This document shows positions 29,934 to 40,322 of a DNA stretch of 64,000 nt, piece after piece. The stretch spans positions 1-64,000 of the forward strand of contig JAHPZH010000004.1 in assembly GCA_019058315.1 (NCBI GenBank), read 5' to 3'. A program made the translations under genes and the position numbers. The DNA comes from Candidatus Helarchaeota archaeon (GTDB lineage: Archaea; Asgardarchaeota; Lokiarchaeia; Helarchaeales; RDOG01). A model generated the notes under the pieces. That model saw nothing but the letters and a program-made list of their open reading frames with translations, was not told where the DNA came from and did not search any database. Every line of letters begins with the position of its first letter. Positions within the stretch are counted from its first letter, which is position 1.

Positions 29934-30611
29934 ATGATGGATCCTAGAGGTATGGGCGGGTATGATAGAATCGCAACAATGTTTAGTCCTGATGGGCGTA
30001 TACATCAAATAGAATATGCCCGAGAGGCTGTAAAACGAGGTTCATTGGTTTTAGCTGCACGAAATCATAATGGTTTGGTTATGTTGAGTGAATTAAAACA
30101 TAGTAACCCTCTTTTTGAGTACAATGAAAAAATCTTTCAAATTGATGAATTTATATATGCTGCATACTCTGGACTTTTAGCTGATTCTAGAGTTCTTATC
30201 GATCAAGCAAGAATCGAAGCACAAATCCAACGAATATATTATAATGAAGAACCAAATCTCGATGTTCTTGCATGGAAAATAAGTAATATTTTTCAAAAAG
30301 TAACACAATACGGAGGTAGACCCTTTGGAGTAAGCCTATTGTTCGCAGGCTTTGATCATGAAGGACCATCTTTACATTTAATAGAGCCTTCTGGTGCAAA
30401 ATTTACAGTTAATGCGATAGCTCTCGGCAAAAAGGAAGATGATGCTACAGATTTGTTAAAAGAAAGCTATAATCCTGATGCATCATTAACTGAAATGAAA
30501 GAAATGCTTTTGGATATATATGAAAAGGTATTAGGTGGAAAGGAACCTGCCGAAATATTGCTCATAAACCAAGAAAAAAGAGAAATTAAAAAAGAACGGG
30601 TGAACCTCTAA
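29934..30611 (+). CDS. psmA: 20S proteasome alpha subunit (short C-terminus)
   Basis: YDR..TMFSPDGR.HQIEYA; RPFGVSLL; EPSG. Confidence 0.92.
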   Translation: MMDPRGMGGYDRIATMFSPDGRIHQIEYAREAVKRGSLVLAARNHNGLVMLSELKHSNPLFEYNEKIFQIDEFIYAAYSGLLADSRVLIDQARIEAQIQRIYYNEEPNLDVLAWKISNIFQKVTQYGGRPFGVSLLFAGFDHEGPSLHLIEPSGAKFTVNAIALGKKEDDATDLLKESYNPDASLTEMKEMLLDIYEKVLGGKEPAEILLINQEKREIKKERVNL

Positions 30612-30624
30612 TTTTTTTTATTTT

Positions 30625-31677
30625 TTAAGATTTAATTTTAGCTTTTTCATAGATTTTTTTAGCTAATATTGAAAAAGTTTCTTCTACATTCTCTCCAGTT
30701 TTTGCAGAAATCTCTGTAAATCCAAATTGCATCTTTTTTGCTAATCCGTATCCCCATTCTGGTTTTACCTCCCTTTGATCAATAAGATCAATTTTATTTC
30801 CTATTAGAATTCCCGCTTTCAATTTTTTTGTTGCATATTTTAAAAATATTTTATAAAATTTTGGAGCTTCTTTTGAAAAACTTTCGGTATCTGTTATATC
30901 ATAAAGAATAATTAAAGCATCTGCACCAGCGAAAAATGTAGGATATAGATTTTCGAAGTTTTCTTGTCCAGCAAAATCATAGACTAAGATCCGTATTGGC
31001 ACTTCGTCAATCAAGATATCTTTAGTTTTGACCTCGATTCCAACGCTGGGTTTGTAGGTTTCCCGAAAATCTCCCTTTACATATCTCAGTAAAGTTGTGG
31101 TTTTTCCTACTGCAACACCCCCAACTAGCACAATTTTAAATTCGTGTTTAATCTGTTTATCCTGAGCCTTAAAAGTATCAATACCAGCCATTTTCTCCAA
31201 TTCTGCATCTCTTATATCATTTGTTATTTTTTCAAATTCATCATAAACTTTCTCAAAATAGAGGGGATTTGGAGAAAATCCCTTTGAATTTGCTTCCACT
31301 ATATCTCTAACTACTTTTTTTAATTTAGATTCCAATTGTTCCATATTTTTATAAATAAATGACGTATATTTGTCATCAAACAATAGAGAAAGTGTACAAT
31401 CTCGTTTTAGCCTGTCTGATTGCATGGTTTCGGGAAGTGGTTCTGAAATTTCAAAAAATAATAAAACTGAATTCAAACCAAAAGTTGGAAAAGGAAGTGT
31501 GGCAATACGTGATGGGACTCTTCCTTCCTCACCCGTAAGTAAAGATATAGATTTTACTGCAACGGTAGAGCGTAAATCTTTATTGATTTCTGGCCACCAA
31601 GCATTGGGTTCTATACCAGTCTCTCTAAAAATGGAAAAAACAATGCCTTTAATAATAGTTTCTGTTTTTTCGGACAT
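30625..31677 (-). CDS. Longin/uDENN-like domain fused to Rab-like small GTPase (divergent paralogue)
   Basis: GGVAVGKT, YKPSVG, DFAGQE, NKID, SAK. Confidence 0.85.
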   Translation of the reverse strand: MSEKTETIIKGIVFSIFRETGIEPNAWWPEINKDLRSTVAVKSISLLTGEEGRVPSRIATLPFPTFGLNSVLLFFEISEPLPETMQSDRLKRDCTLSLLFDDKYTSFIYKNMEQLESKLKKVVRDIVEANSKGFSPNPLYFEKVYDEFEKITNDIRDAELEKMAGIDTFKAQDKQIKHEFKIVLVGGVAVGKTTTLLRYVKGDFRETYKPSVGIEVKTKDILIDEVPIRILVYDFAGQENFENLYPTFFAGADALIILYDITDTESFSKEAPKFYKIFLKYATKKLKAGILIGNKIDLIDQREVKPEWGYGLAKKMQFGFTEISAKTGENVEETFSILAKKIYEKAKIKS

Positions 31678-31865
31678 TTTATTGCGTCACAGATAATTTT
31701 AATCTATATTAGATGAATCATTATTAGAATTTCGCTGGATTATTATTTATAGTTATTTAGATTTTACCTTATATTTTTAGTTCTTAACATTGAATTCATT
31801 AATTTACTAAAAATAAGCTAAAATTTTTCAAAAAATTTTTAATCTAGGTTGGATTTAAAAAAAAT

Positions 31866-32876
31866 ATGGTAAAAAAAGATTTAATTTTAAAAGGAGTAAC
31901 CTACAACAGAATGTGGGATATGGGACCAGAAGTTAAATTCCACTATCCCAAATCTGATTTCTTTGATAGTGCTAGGTTGACTACAATTGCAGTTAAGTCA
32001 ATAACTCTTTCATTAGGTGATGAAGGGATAGTAGGAGAACGTATTTCAATAATTCAATTCGTAAAATTTCAACTTTTAGGAATGGTTTTCCCATTTGAAG
32101 TAAAAGATGAGACTTCAAGGGGAGGGGTTGTTGACTCAAATATAGTTATATTATTTAATGAGAAGTATACCTCGATTGCGTATAAATATAGTGATTTATT
32201 TAATGCTCTACTAACTGAGGTTTCTAAAAAAATAAAAGAAAGTGAATTGGAGAATAAAAAAGAAGAAGTTGAATCCTTAATGATTCAACTTTATGAAAAA
32301 TTACTCACAAATCTCGAATCCTTAAAAAAAGCCGAGGAGCAAGCTTTAAAACCTGCCAAGAAGAAACCTGCTTATAGATTTAAGGTTGTAGTTATCGGAG
32401 ATGGTAGAGTAGGTAAAACCACCACACTTCTCCGTTATGTAGATAATGCTTTTCAAGAAACTTATTTGCCTACAATTGGAGTTAATGTATCTAACAAGGA
32501 TATTTCAGTAGCTGGAAAAAAAATAAGGTTAAATTTTTATGATATTGCAGGTCAGGAAAAATTTAAACTCATGCGTAGAGTTTTTTATGAAGGTTTGAAT
32601 GGAGCTGTCATAATGTTCGATGTTACATCAATTGAATCATTTCAACACCTTGAAAATTGGATTAAAGATGTAACTGAGGCATTTTCACCCAAAAAACTTA
32701 AGGGAATTATAGTTGGTAATAAAATTGATTTGGAATCACAAAGATTAATTAAAAAAGAAGATGCTGAAGCTATTGCAAATAAATTTGGGTTAAATTACAT
32801 CGAAACTTCTGCAAAAACGGGTGATAATATTAAAGAATCATTTAAGGTCCTTGCAGAATTAATATTAGAAAAATAA
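31866..32876 (+). CDS. Longin/uDENN-like domain fused to Rab-like small GTPase
   Basis: FEVKDETSRGG; GDGRVGKT, YLPTIG, DIAGQE, NKID, SAK. Confidence 0.85.
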   Translation: MVKKDLILKGVTYNRMWDMGPEVKFHYPKSDFFDSARLTTIAVKSITLSLGDEGIVGERISIIQFVKFQLLGMVFPFEVKDETSRGGVVDSNIVILFNEKYTSIAYKYSDLFNALLTEVSKKIKESELENKKEEVESLMIQLYEKLLTNLESLKKAEEQALKPAKKKPAYRFKVVVIGDGRVGKTTTLLRYVDNAFQETYLPTIGVNVSNKDISVAGKKIRLNFYDIAGQEKFKLMRRVFYEGLNGAVIMFDVTSIESFQHLENWIKDVTEAFSPKKLKGIIVGNKIDLESQRLIKKEDAEAIANKFGLNYIETSAKTGDNIKESFKVLAELILEK

Positions 32877-32939
32877 AAATAGTAAATCTTGATAAAAAAT
32901 AAAAAGAGATTTTAAGCACCTTATTAATTAAAATAAAAT

Positions 32940-33950
32940 ATGGAAAATGAAAAACAAATTTTGAAGGGGATTATTTATACTATTGTGGGAGATTTAGGTC
33001 CTACAGTTAAAATTCATTATCCAGAAACTGAATTTGATCTCCCAATTTTAGAATTAGTTGCGATCAAAACTATGACACTATTAACTGGGGAAGAGGGAAG
33101 AGTTCCTAAAGAAGTATCAATTATTTCTTTTGTAAAATACCAACTGATTGGTATTGTTTACCATTTTGAATTTAAAGATGAAAAATCACGGGGAGGGGCT
33201 ATTGATTCAAATATTACTGTACTTTTTAATGAAAAATACTCCTCAATTGCTTATAAATATTCAGAACAATTTGAAAAATTACTAAAACAGGTAGCAAATG
33301 AAATTATAAAGAATGAAATTTCAAATAATGAACAAAAAATACATTTAATATTACAACAGCTTTATCAAAAACTGCTAATTAATTTAGAATCTATTAGAGA
33401 AGCAGAAAAAAAAGCTAGAGAAAGAGTTGTAGAAAAAAAACCAGATTTTAGATTCAAAGTAGTGGTTATAGGAGACGCGGGAGTAGGAAAAACAACATTA
33501 CTTTTACGTTCTGTGGATAATAGCTTTCAAGAAAGTTATCTCCCTACGATTGGAGTGAATGTATGTAACAAAAAAATTTCAATAGCTAATAAAAATATTC
33601 ATTTGAATATCTTTGATATAGCAGGCCAAGAAAAATTCTCATTGATGCGAAGAGTTTTTTATGAAGATGTAAATGGGGTCTTAATGATGTTTGATGTTAC
33701 CAATAAGGAATCTTTTGATCATCTTGATAATTGGTTTGCAGATGTTTCCCCTAATTTCTCATCAAAAAAACCTATAGGTCTGATTATTGGAAATAAGATT
33801 GATTTGAAATCAAAACGAGTAATTACTAAAAAGACTGCAGAAAGTATGGCAAAAAAGTTCGGATTAGGGTATATTGAGACTTCAGCAAAGACAGGGGAGA
33901 AAGTAAATGAAGCTTTTAAGCATGTTGCTGAAGTTTTAATCTCATTATAA
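32940..33950 (+). CDS. Longin/uDENN-like domain fused to Rab-like small GTPase
   Basis: FEFKDEKSRGG; GDAGVGKT, YLPTIG, DIAGQE, NKID, SAK. Confidence 0.85.
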   Translation: MENEKQILKGIIYTIVGDLGPTVKIHYPETEFDLPILELVAIKTMTLLTGEEGRVPKEVSIISFVKYQLIGIVYHFEFKDEKSRGGAIDSNITVLFNEKYSSIAYKYSEQFEKLLKQVANEIIKNEISNNEQKIHLILQQLYQKLLINLESIREAEKKARERVVEKKPDFRFKVVVIGDAGVGKTTLLLRSVDNSFQESYLPTIGVNVCNKKISIANKNIHLNIFDIAGQEKFSLMRRVFYEDVNGVLMMFDVTNKESFDHLDNWFADVSPNFSSKKPIGLIIGNKIDLKSKRVITKKTAESMAKKFGLGYIETSAKTGEKVNEAFKHVAEVLISL

Positions 33951-33972
33951 AAGATTTAAAATAAATTTTAAA

Positions 33973-35004
33973 TTAACGTTTCTTTTCAAGGATTTTTTTA
34001 CTAATTAATTCGAATATTAAGTCAACATTATCACCAGTTCTTGCAGAGGTCTCCAGATACGTTAATCCCGTTTTCTCTGCTATTACTTGCCCAGCTTTTG
34101 AACCTATGACACGATTCTCCTTAAGATCAATCTTATTTGCTAAAATAATTCCATTCCAATCTCTATCCAAGTTTTGCTGGACGTCTTTAAACCAGCTTGC
34201 AGTATTAACGAATGTCTGTTTATTTGTAACATCAAAGACAAAAATAACTCCATCCGCTCCAGAGTAAAACATTTTTCTTAATTGATTAAATTTTTCTTGC
34301 CCCGCAATATCCCATATGATTAATTCAATATAGGCCTCTTGAGGATCCTGCAATGTTACTAGTTTTGTTGAGGTCTGAACCCCAATTGTTGGCACATATA
34401 ATTTTTTAAATGCTCTATCAACATATCGGAGTATTAAAGTAGTCTTTCCAACTGCCGGGTCGCCAACTACTATAATTTTAAATCGATATTTTGTCTTAGG
34501 GGGAGTAACAGTTAATTTAGGTGCCGGAAATTGTTCACGTTCCTCAATTTGTCGTAATTCTTTTAATTGATCCAAAATATCCAAATAAAAACTTTCAAGC
34601 GATTTCGAGAATTGTGAACTGTTTTTTTCTCTTTCTAATTTAAATATAATTTTCGAAAATTCATTCAAACGATCATTTAAATTGTTAAAATATTTATAAA
34701 TTACCGAATTATATTTATCATTAAATAGAATTGTTATCGAAGCATCTCTACGTCCACCGCGGGCTTGTGGGTCTTCGATTTCTAAATATTTTACTAATCC
34801 AGAGCGCTCTAAATTTGGAAATGGTACTACTGCTGTTGTTTCTGGAACTTCGCCTTCTTCGCCAGTTAATAAAGTAATGGATTTTAAAGAGATTAATCTT
34901 AAAGTATCATGTTTTAATTCTAAAGGAAACCAAGCTATCGGAGAAGGTCCTATATTCTCAAATTTTGAGTAAACTACACCTTTTAAAATTTCTTCTTCTA
35001 TCAT
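33973..35004 (-). CDS. Longin/uDENN-like domain fused to Rab-like small GTPase
   Basis: LEIEDPQARGG; GDPAVGKT, YVPTIG, WDIAGQE, NKID, SAR. Confidence 0.85.
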   Translation of the reverse strand: MIEEEILKGVVYSKFENIGPSPIAWFPLELKHDTLRLISLKSITLLTGEEGEVPETTAVVPFPNLERSGLVKYLEIEDPQARGGRRDASITILFNDKYNSVIYKYFNNLNDRLNEFSKIIFKLEREKNSSQFSKSLESFYLDILDQLKELRQIEEREQFPAPKLTVTPPKTKYRFKIIVVGDPAVGKTTLILRYVDRAFKKLYVPTIGVQTSTKLVTLQDPQEAYIELIIWDIAGQEKFNQLRKMFYSGADGVIFVFDVTNKQTFVNTASWFKDVQQNLDRDWNGIILANKIDLKENRVIGSKAGQVIAEKTGLTYLETSARTGDNVDLIFELISKKILEKKR

Positions 35005-35291
35005 TGAAGCCTTGCCTTCTGCTATACTTATTTAAAAAGAATTATGATTTTGATATGTAAGTATTATAATTATAAACTTTCTTATTGCGGATCAATTTAA
35101 GCCAATTTTATTAAATGTTTGGATTCCAATTTTTATCCTCTTTAATTTTAGAGAATCTTATTTGAAAAACAAATCAAAATAATTATGATAAAATTTATGA
35201 TTTGAAATGAGAGAAAAATTATTTTAAAAAAATGCAACAAAATTATATTTTATAATCTAATGTTACAAAAAGTTTTAAGCGAGGAATTAAT

Positions 35292-36131
35292 ATGGTTGTT
35301 CTTCTTAGTGATTTTATTTGGCTTTCCGGAGTAATATTGTTTATTGCTTTTATTAGTATTTTAATTCTTTTCTCAATTTATTTTATTAAAAAAGCTCGTA
35401 AAACTTCCCTTGAAATGGAACGAAGAGATATTTATGGATATTGTATTGCGCTTTTTTATTTAATTATAGGTATTACATACTTTATTCGCCTCTATTTTAT
35501 GTTCTATTTACCCCCAGATCAGATATTATTCGTTTTTAATCTTGTTTCTACTGCGCGTCTAGACCCTGGAATTCGATTATTTTGGCAAATTCATATGTCA
35601 ATCGCGTTCTTAGGAATTAGTATTCTTATGATTGGAGTCGAAACCCAAGTATATACAAAATTTCATTATATAATATCCGCAATAACCTTGATCTTTACCC
35701 CCATTTTAGTCCTAGTTCCATATGATTTATCCCATGCTCTATATCTCCTTCCAATGGGAACTCCAATCGTCATTATAATAATCTATATCTATGTTGGATT
35801 TCAAAATCCTGGTTCAATTCGAAAAAATTCATCTGCAATAGTAATAGGATGGTTAATTTTTATATTAGGTATTTTTTTAAACTCAACAACTATGAGAAAT
35901 ACATTTAATCTTGGAACTTTTACAACCTTTAAGTTTGGAAATTTTTCTACTGATCCTTATGGAACAATGGCAATTTTGTATTCTCAATTTGAGCTTAATG
36001 GTGTGATATTCTATGTTTTCAATATATTAAATTCTGAATATACAGCAATTGTTCCCGTAATACTTGCTCCGATTTCTCTTATAACCGGATTCTTAATTCA
36101 AGCTGCAGGTTATTCCCGGAAGTTTGATTAA
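35292..36131 (+). CDS. Polytopic (~7 TM) membrane protein
   Basis: About seven hydrophobic segments; GAGG RBS. Confidence 0.7.
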   Translation: MVVLLSDFIWLSGVILFIAFISILILFSIYFIKKARKTSLEMERRDIYGYCIALFYLIIGITYFIRLYFMFYLPPDQILFVFNLVSTARLDPGIRLFWQIHMSIAFLGISILMIGVETQVYTKFHYIISAITLIFTPILVLVPYDLSHALYLLPMGTPIVIIIIYIYVGFQNPGSIRKNSSAIVIGWLIFILGIFLNSTTMRNTFNLGTFTTFKFGNFSTDPYGTMAILYSQFELNGVIFYVFNILNSEYTAIVPVILAPISLITGFLIQAAGYSRKFD

Positions 36132-36175
36132 TATCTATTTAATCCAATTTAATTTGATATAAAAACAAATTTAGG

Positions 36176-37561
36176 CTATATTAACGACTTTCCAACCATA
36201 GGTTCAATTTTTTCTCCTAAAAATTTTAAGATTGTTGGTGTTATATCAGAAGTTTTTGCAAATGGTATCTCTTTTTTCCCCAATCCTTTTCCAGAAATTA
36301 TTAAAGGCACATTCATAGTGTTTCTGTGGCAAACATCATGAGAAAATAAATGATGGTAAACCGTTTTTGCATCAGTAACTGCAACTATATCATGTGAACG
36401 TTTGTTAATATTAAGAAAACGAGGAAGCTGATCGACGATTATGGGATTATCAATATGATATGTATGCTCGAGCCATTCGTCAATTGAATGAAATTGTCCA
36501 TCCAAGAGCTTGCTTGCCTTCGGATCTTTTTCATAACCAAATAAATCATTTTTTTCAAATGAATATTTTGTCTTTCCGTTATTATATTCTATAATTCCTT
36601 CTCCATTATGACTTTTTAATTGAATAATCCCTTTGTCTTTCCTACAATCTCCATCACGATAATAAATTTGCTGAACGCCATCAAGGTTCAAAATAGTTTC
36701 AAAGAGATTTACTTTTTTGGGTCCATATTTAGTCATCTTTTCGTAAGAAGCTCTTTGTCGCCAATCATTTTCTTCCTTGAAATTAAAAAATCCGACGCCT
36801 CCAAATTCTCCCCAATAATCCTTGTTGCGAATTAAACCAAATTTTTCAAGGGAGCTATTTAGATCTCTTTATACATTGGCACTATAATTTCCATGATCTG
36901 AAGTAATAACAAAAAGTGTATCATCAAAATAATTATTTTCTTCTAATTTCTTAATTATTCGACCTATTTGTCTATCTACCTTTCTTAAACTTTTAAGATA
37001 AACATCAGATTCGGAACCATATTCATGTAAAATCACATCACTATCGAAATACCAAGCTGCAGTAAATTTCGGAGCTTCATTAACTTCAAAAAATTCTTTA
37101 GGGTATAAAAAACCTTTAATTACTGCTTTATCCAAAGATGTTAAAAACTCTTGACGATTAAACCCATAATCTCTAGTTGCACCACGAAAGATGAATTCAA
37201 ATGCAGAAAAAGTGTTTCCATCTACTTTTTCATATATAGTTTTAACGTCCTTATTCAGATGGTCATTAATTTCTAAGCCAATAATACCTTTTGTATAATC
37301 AATTTCTGTTAATTCAGCATAATTTCTATCTACCCATTTGAGCAATGGGACTTCGTAACTATCTGGATATTGCCCTGTTAAAATAGTAGTGTGTGATGGG
37401 ACAGTAATTGCTGGAAATGTGCAGATACAATTTTTACAATAAAGCCCATCAGCTAAATATTTAGAGATATTTTTCAAATATCCCTTTTCAACTAAATCAA
37501 AGAATTGGTCTGCTCTTACATCATCAATAATTAATAAAATTGCATGATTAAATGTTTTCAT
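36176..37561 (-). pseudogene. Alkaline phosphatase superfamily (nucleotide pyrophosphatase/phosphodiesterase) gene interrupted by one in-frame TAA at 36869-36871
   Basis: LLIIDD, FPAITVP.H..ILTG, D...H, TSDHG; frame continues past the stop (RDLNSSLEKFGL...) into ORF 36176-36736 with SHD..VPLIISG..DITPTIL. Confidence 0.8.
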
Positions 37562-37588
37562 TTTTAGTCCTTAAAATTATTTCTTTAT

Positions 37589-39016
37589 CTAAGTATTTTT
37601 ATCTAGGTATTTTCTATATTCTAACATCGCTTTAATGCACCTAACAGCTTGTTGCATCGACGAAATCACGGGAATATTAAAAGCTTCGCCCGCGCTGCGT
37701 ACTACGCTAGTTAAAAGGGGGCTTGCGAATGTGCTAATAATCTTCGGTTTATCCAATCCAAATTTAGCGATTTGTTTTGTATACATTTTAAACATCTCTC
37801 TTGATATAGATAGAGGATCTTCTTCTGATACGTTTAAAACTTGTTCTGGTATAACTATAATCTGGACTAAAGCATCCACATTTTCATCTTCTAAAACTTG
37901 TTTTATACTAAATGTCATTAATTCGGGTCCAGCTGGTCCTATATCTACTGGATTCCTTAATGCTGAAACCCAATTAAATTTAGGATACGCTTTTTTTTCT
38001 AATTTTTCAATAGTATCATCTGATAATTTTGCTAACTTTAATCCCACCCTTGAAATTTCATCACAGGTCAGAATTCCTAGACTACCGCTTGTTGTAATAA
38101 CCGCAATTCTTTCTCCTTTTGGTAATGGTTGAGCGGCAAAAACTCGTGCAAAATCAAATAATTGATAAAAATTTTCTGCACGTATTACTCCAATTTGTTT
38201 AAATAGAGCATCATAAACAATATCATTTCCAGCAATACTTCCAGTATGGCTTAATGCTGCTTTGGACCCGATATCAGATCTACCATTTTTTACAACAATA
38301 ATAGGTTTCTTTTTAGAGACTCTACTTAGAATATTTCTAAATCTAGTTTCATTTCCTATTTTAACACCCTCTAAATAGACTGCTATTACTTTTGTTCTCT
38401 CATCAGTCTCCAGATATTCTATAACATCTATTTCATCGACATCAACTTTGTTCCCTAAGGTGATGACTTTATTAAAGCCGAATCCATTCCCTCTTGCCCA
38501 ATCTATTACAATATTTCCTAATACACCACTTTGAGCAATAATAGAAATATTACCTGTTTTCGCATTAGATAAATCTGAACCAGAAGTACAGAATTTTGTA
38601 TATACATCCGTAACTCCTACACAATTGGGACCTATAATTCTAACACCAGTGTCTTTAGCAATTTTTGAAATTTTATTTTGAAGCTGTGTCTCTTCTTCAC
38701 GTCCAGTTTCTGAAAAACCAGCAGATTCTATTATTATTCCCTTTACTCCTTTTTCGATGCTCTCTAAAACAACTTGAAGAACATTTTTCATAGGTACTAA
38801 TACTAAAGAAAGTTCCACATCATCAGGAATGTCTTTAACATTTTTATATGCTTTTTGCCCGAGAATCGTTTCTTTTTTAATGTGAACTGGAAATATTTTA
38901 AATTTTCCGGATTTTATTAAATAATTAGTCTGAAAATACCCAAATTTCGGAGTATCTGTGGCTCCAATAATGGCGACGGATTTGGGGTCGAAAAAATAAC
39001 TTAAATCACTTGTCAA
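37589..39016 (-). CDS. acdA: Acyl-CoA synthetase (NDP-forming) alpha subunit
   Basis: FFDPKSVAIIGA, GPNCVG, AQSG, GNKVD, SHTGS phospho-His, NPVD. Confidence 0.88.
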   Translation of the reverse strand: MTSDLSYFFDPKSVAIIGATDTPKFGYFQTNYLIKSGKFKIFPVHIKKETILGQKAYKNVKDIPDDVELSLVLVPMKNVLQVVLESIEKGVKGIIIESAGFSETGREEETQLQNKISKIAKDTGVRIIGPNCVGVTDVYTKFCTSGSDLSNAKTGNISIIAQSGVLGNIVIDWARGNGFGFNKVITLGNKVDVDEIDVIEYLETDERTKVIAVYLEGVKIGNETRFRNILSRVSKKKPIIVVKNGRSDIGSKAALSHTGSIAGNDIVYDALFKQIGVIRAENFYQLFDFARVFAAQPLPKGERIAVITTSGSLGILTCDEISRVGLKLAKLSDDTIEKLEKKAYPKFNWVSALRNPVDIGPAGPELMTFSIKQVLEDENVDALVQIIVIPEQVLNVSEEDPLSISREMFKMYTKQIAKFGLDKPKIISTFASPLLTSVVRSAGEAFNIPVISSMQQAVRCIKAMLEYRKYLDKNT

Positions 39017-39118
39017 TTTTATCTATATACTCTTCATTATTTTTCTTATAAAATTTAGGACATCAAATTTTTCAACAAATTTATAATAATCAGTAAGTAG
39101 AAATTTAATAAATTTGGA

Positions 39119-39970
39119 GTGAAAAAGATGGAACTAAATACTTTTCAATGGTGGATTATACTGAATTATATCTTTAAATATCCACCTGAATTCGAACAAA
39201 AGTTCTTTTGGTTCATTAAAATAACTCCTGGAATGAATGTAGACATTGGTACAATGCTCTTAACCGAAATTTTGGTATATATTGCTACAATCTTTACTTT
39301 TTATCATAGCTATAAAAAATATGGGTTTTGGAAATCATTTTTATTCCTTTCCGGGTCCTTCGTATACACCGGTCTTGAAGAAACCATTTGGGTTTATGTT
39401 GGTTTTCAAGGAAGTTGGGGAATTCCGGCATTTCTAACGGGAACTATCTATCCCCCAACATATTATTGGAATTATTATAAAGCTCTAACATGGTTCTTAG
39501 CAATTCCAGTTAATGCTTGCTTTGGTTGGTATTTTATCGCTTACGGAACCGTATATCTTGTCGAGACAGTTATTCCTAAATGGGATGTTAACACAAATAG
39601 TGGTCTTTTTAAGATATCATTGGTTGCTGGGTTATTAGCAATGAATATGGATTTGTTTATAGATCCAATTATGGTGCGTAATGAGTCTTGGTATTGGTTA
39701 ACTTCATTAGAGCAAAATTTGTACGTTTTTGGTATTCCGGTATTTAACTTCGTTGGTTGGTTTCTCTTAATATTTTTCTTCTCGTTATATTGGAATAAGT
39801 TAGTATCTTATGAAGAAAAATGGGGCCGAAAGAAGACAATTTTGGTTTTCTATGTTGGACTTGTAGGGTTGCTTTTTGCTACAATTTACTTAATTTTAAT
39901 AATTGCAGCAACACTGATTCCACTATATGGAATTAATTTATCAATACCAGGAGCAGGAGGACTTATTTAG
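39119..39970 (+). CDS. CruF/DUF422-like membrane protein (carotenoid hydratase-like)
   Basis: Multi-TM; D.FIDP..W.W..GIP..NF.GW. Confidence 0.7.
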   Translation: MKKMELNTFQWWIILNYIFKYPPEFEQKFFWFIKITPGMNVDIGTMLLTEILVYIATIFTFYHSYKKYGFWKSFLFLSGSFVYTGLEETIWVYVGFQGSWGIPAFLTGTIYPPTYYWNYYKALTWFLAIPVNACFGWYFIAYGTVYLVETVIPKWDVNTNSGLFKISLVAGLLAMNMDLFIDPIMVRNESWYWLTSLEQNLYVFGIPVFNFVGWFLLIFFFSLYWNKLVSYEEKWGRKKTILVFYVGLVGLLFATIYLILIIAATLIPLYGINLSIPGAGGLI

Positions 39971-39981
39971 GAGGTTCAAAA

Positions 39982-40215
39982 ATGAATAGAAAATATTTGC
40001 CAATAATTAGTTTGCTATTATTTTGGATTCCAGTAGTCTTATTAAGTGGAGTTGTCGGAGGCATAGGCATGATAAATATTCATGGTTTTTTCAGAGGAGA
40101 AGTTTCAGGTGTCACCCCTTTAGATTCAAATCAAAGTCTATTTTTACTGTTGACCCAAATACCATTCTTAATCTTTGTTATATTTGCATTTAGAAAAATT
40201 AAAAACGAAGATTAA
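39982..40215 (+). CDS. Small two-TM membrane protein
   Basis: GGAGG RBS; hydrophobic. Confidence 0.6.
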   Translation: MNRKYLPIISLLLFWIPVVLLSGVVGGIGMINIHGFFRGEVSGVTPLDSNQSLFLLLTQIPFLIFVIFAFRKIKNED

Positions 40216-40322
40216 TAATATTTTCAATTTTTTTTATTTCTTTTTTTTAAAATATCGTACTTTTACTGATTACACTTTAAAATGAATTCAATAAGATATT
40301 CATAAAAAGGAGAAGATGACTG

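Noticed and set aside
36869-36871. Selenocysteine or pyrrolysine recoding
   Set aside because: The codon is TAA, not TGA or TAG
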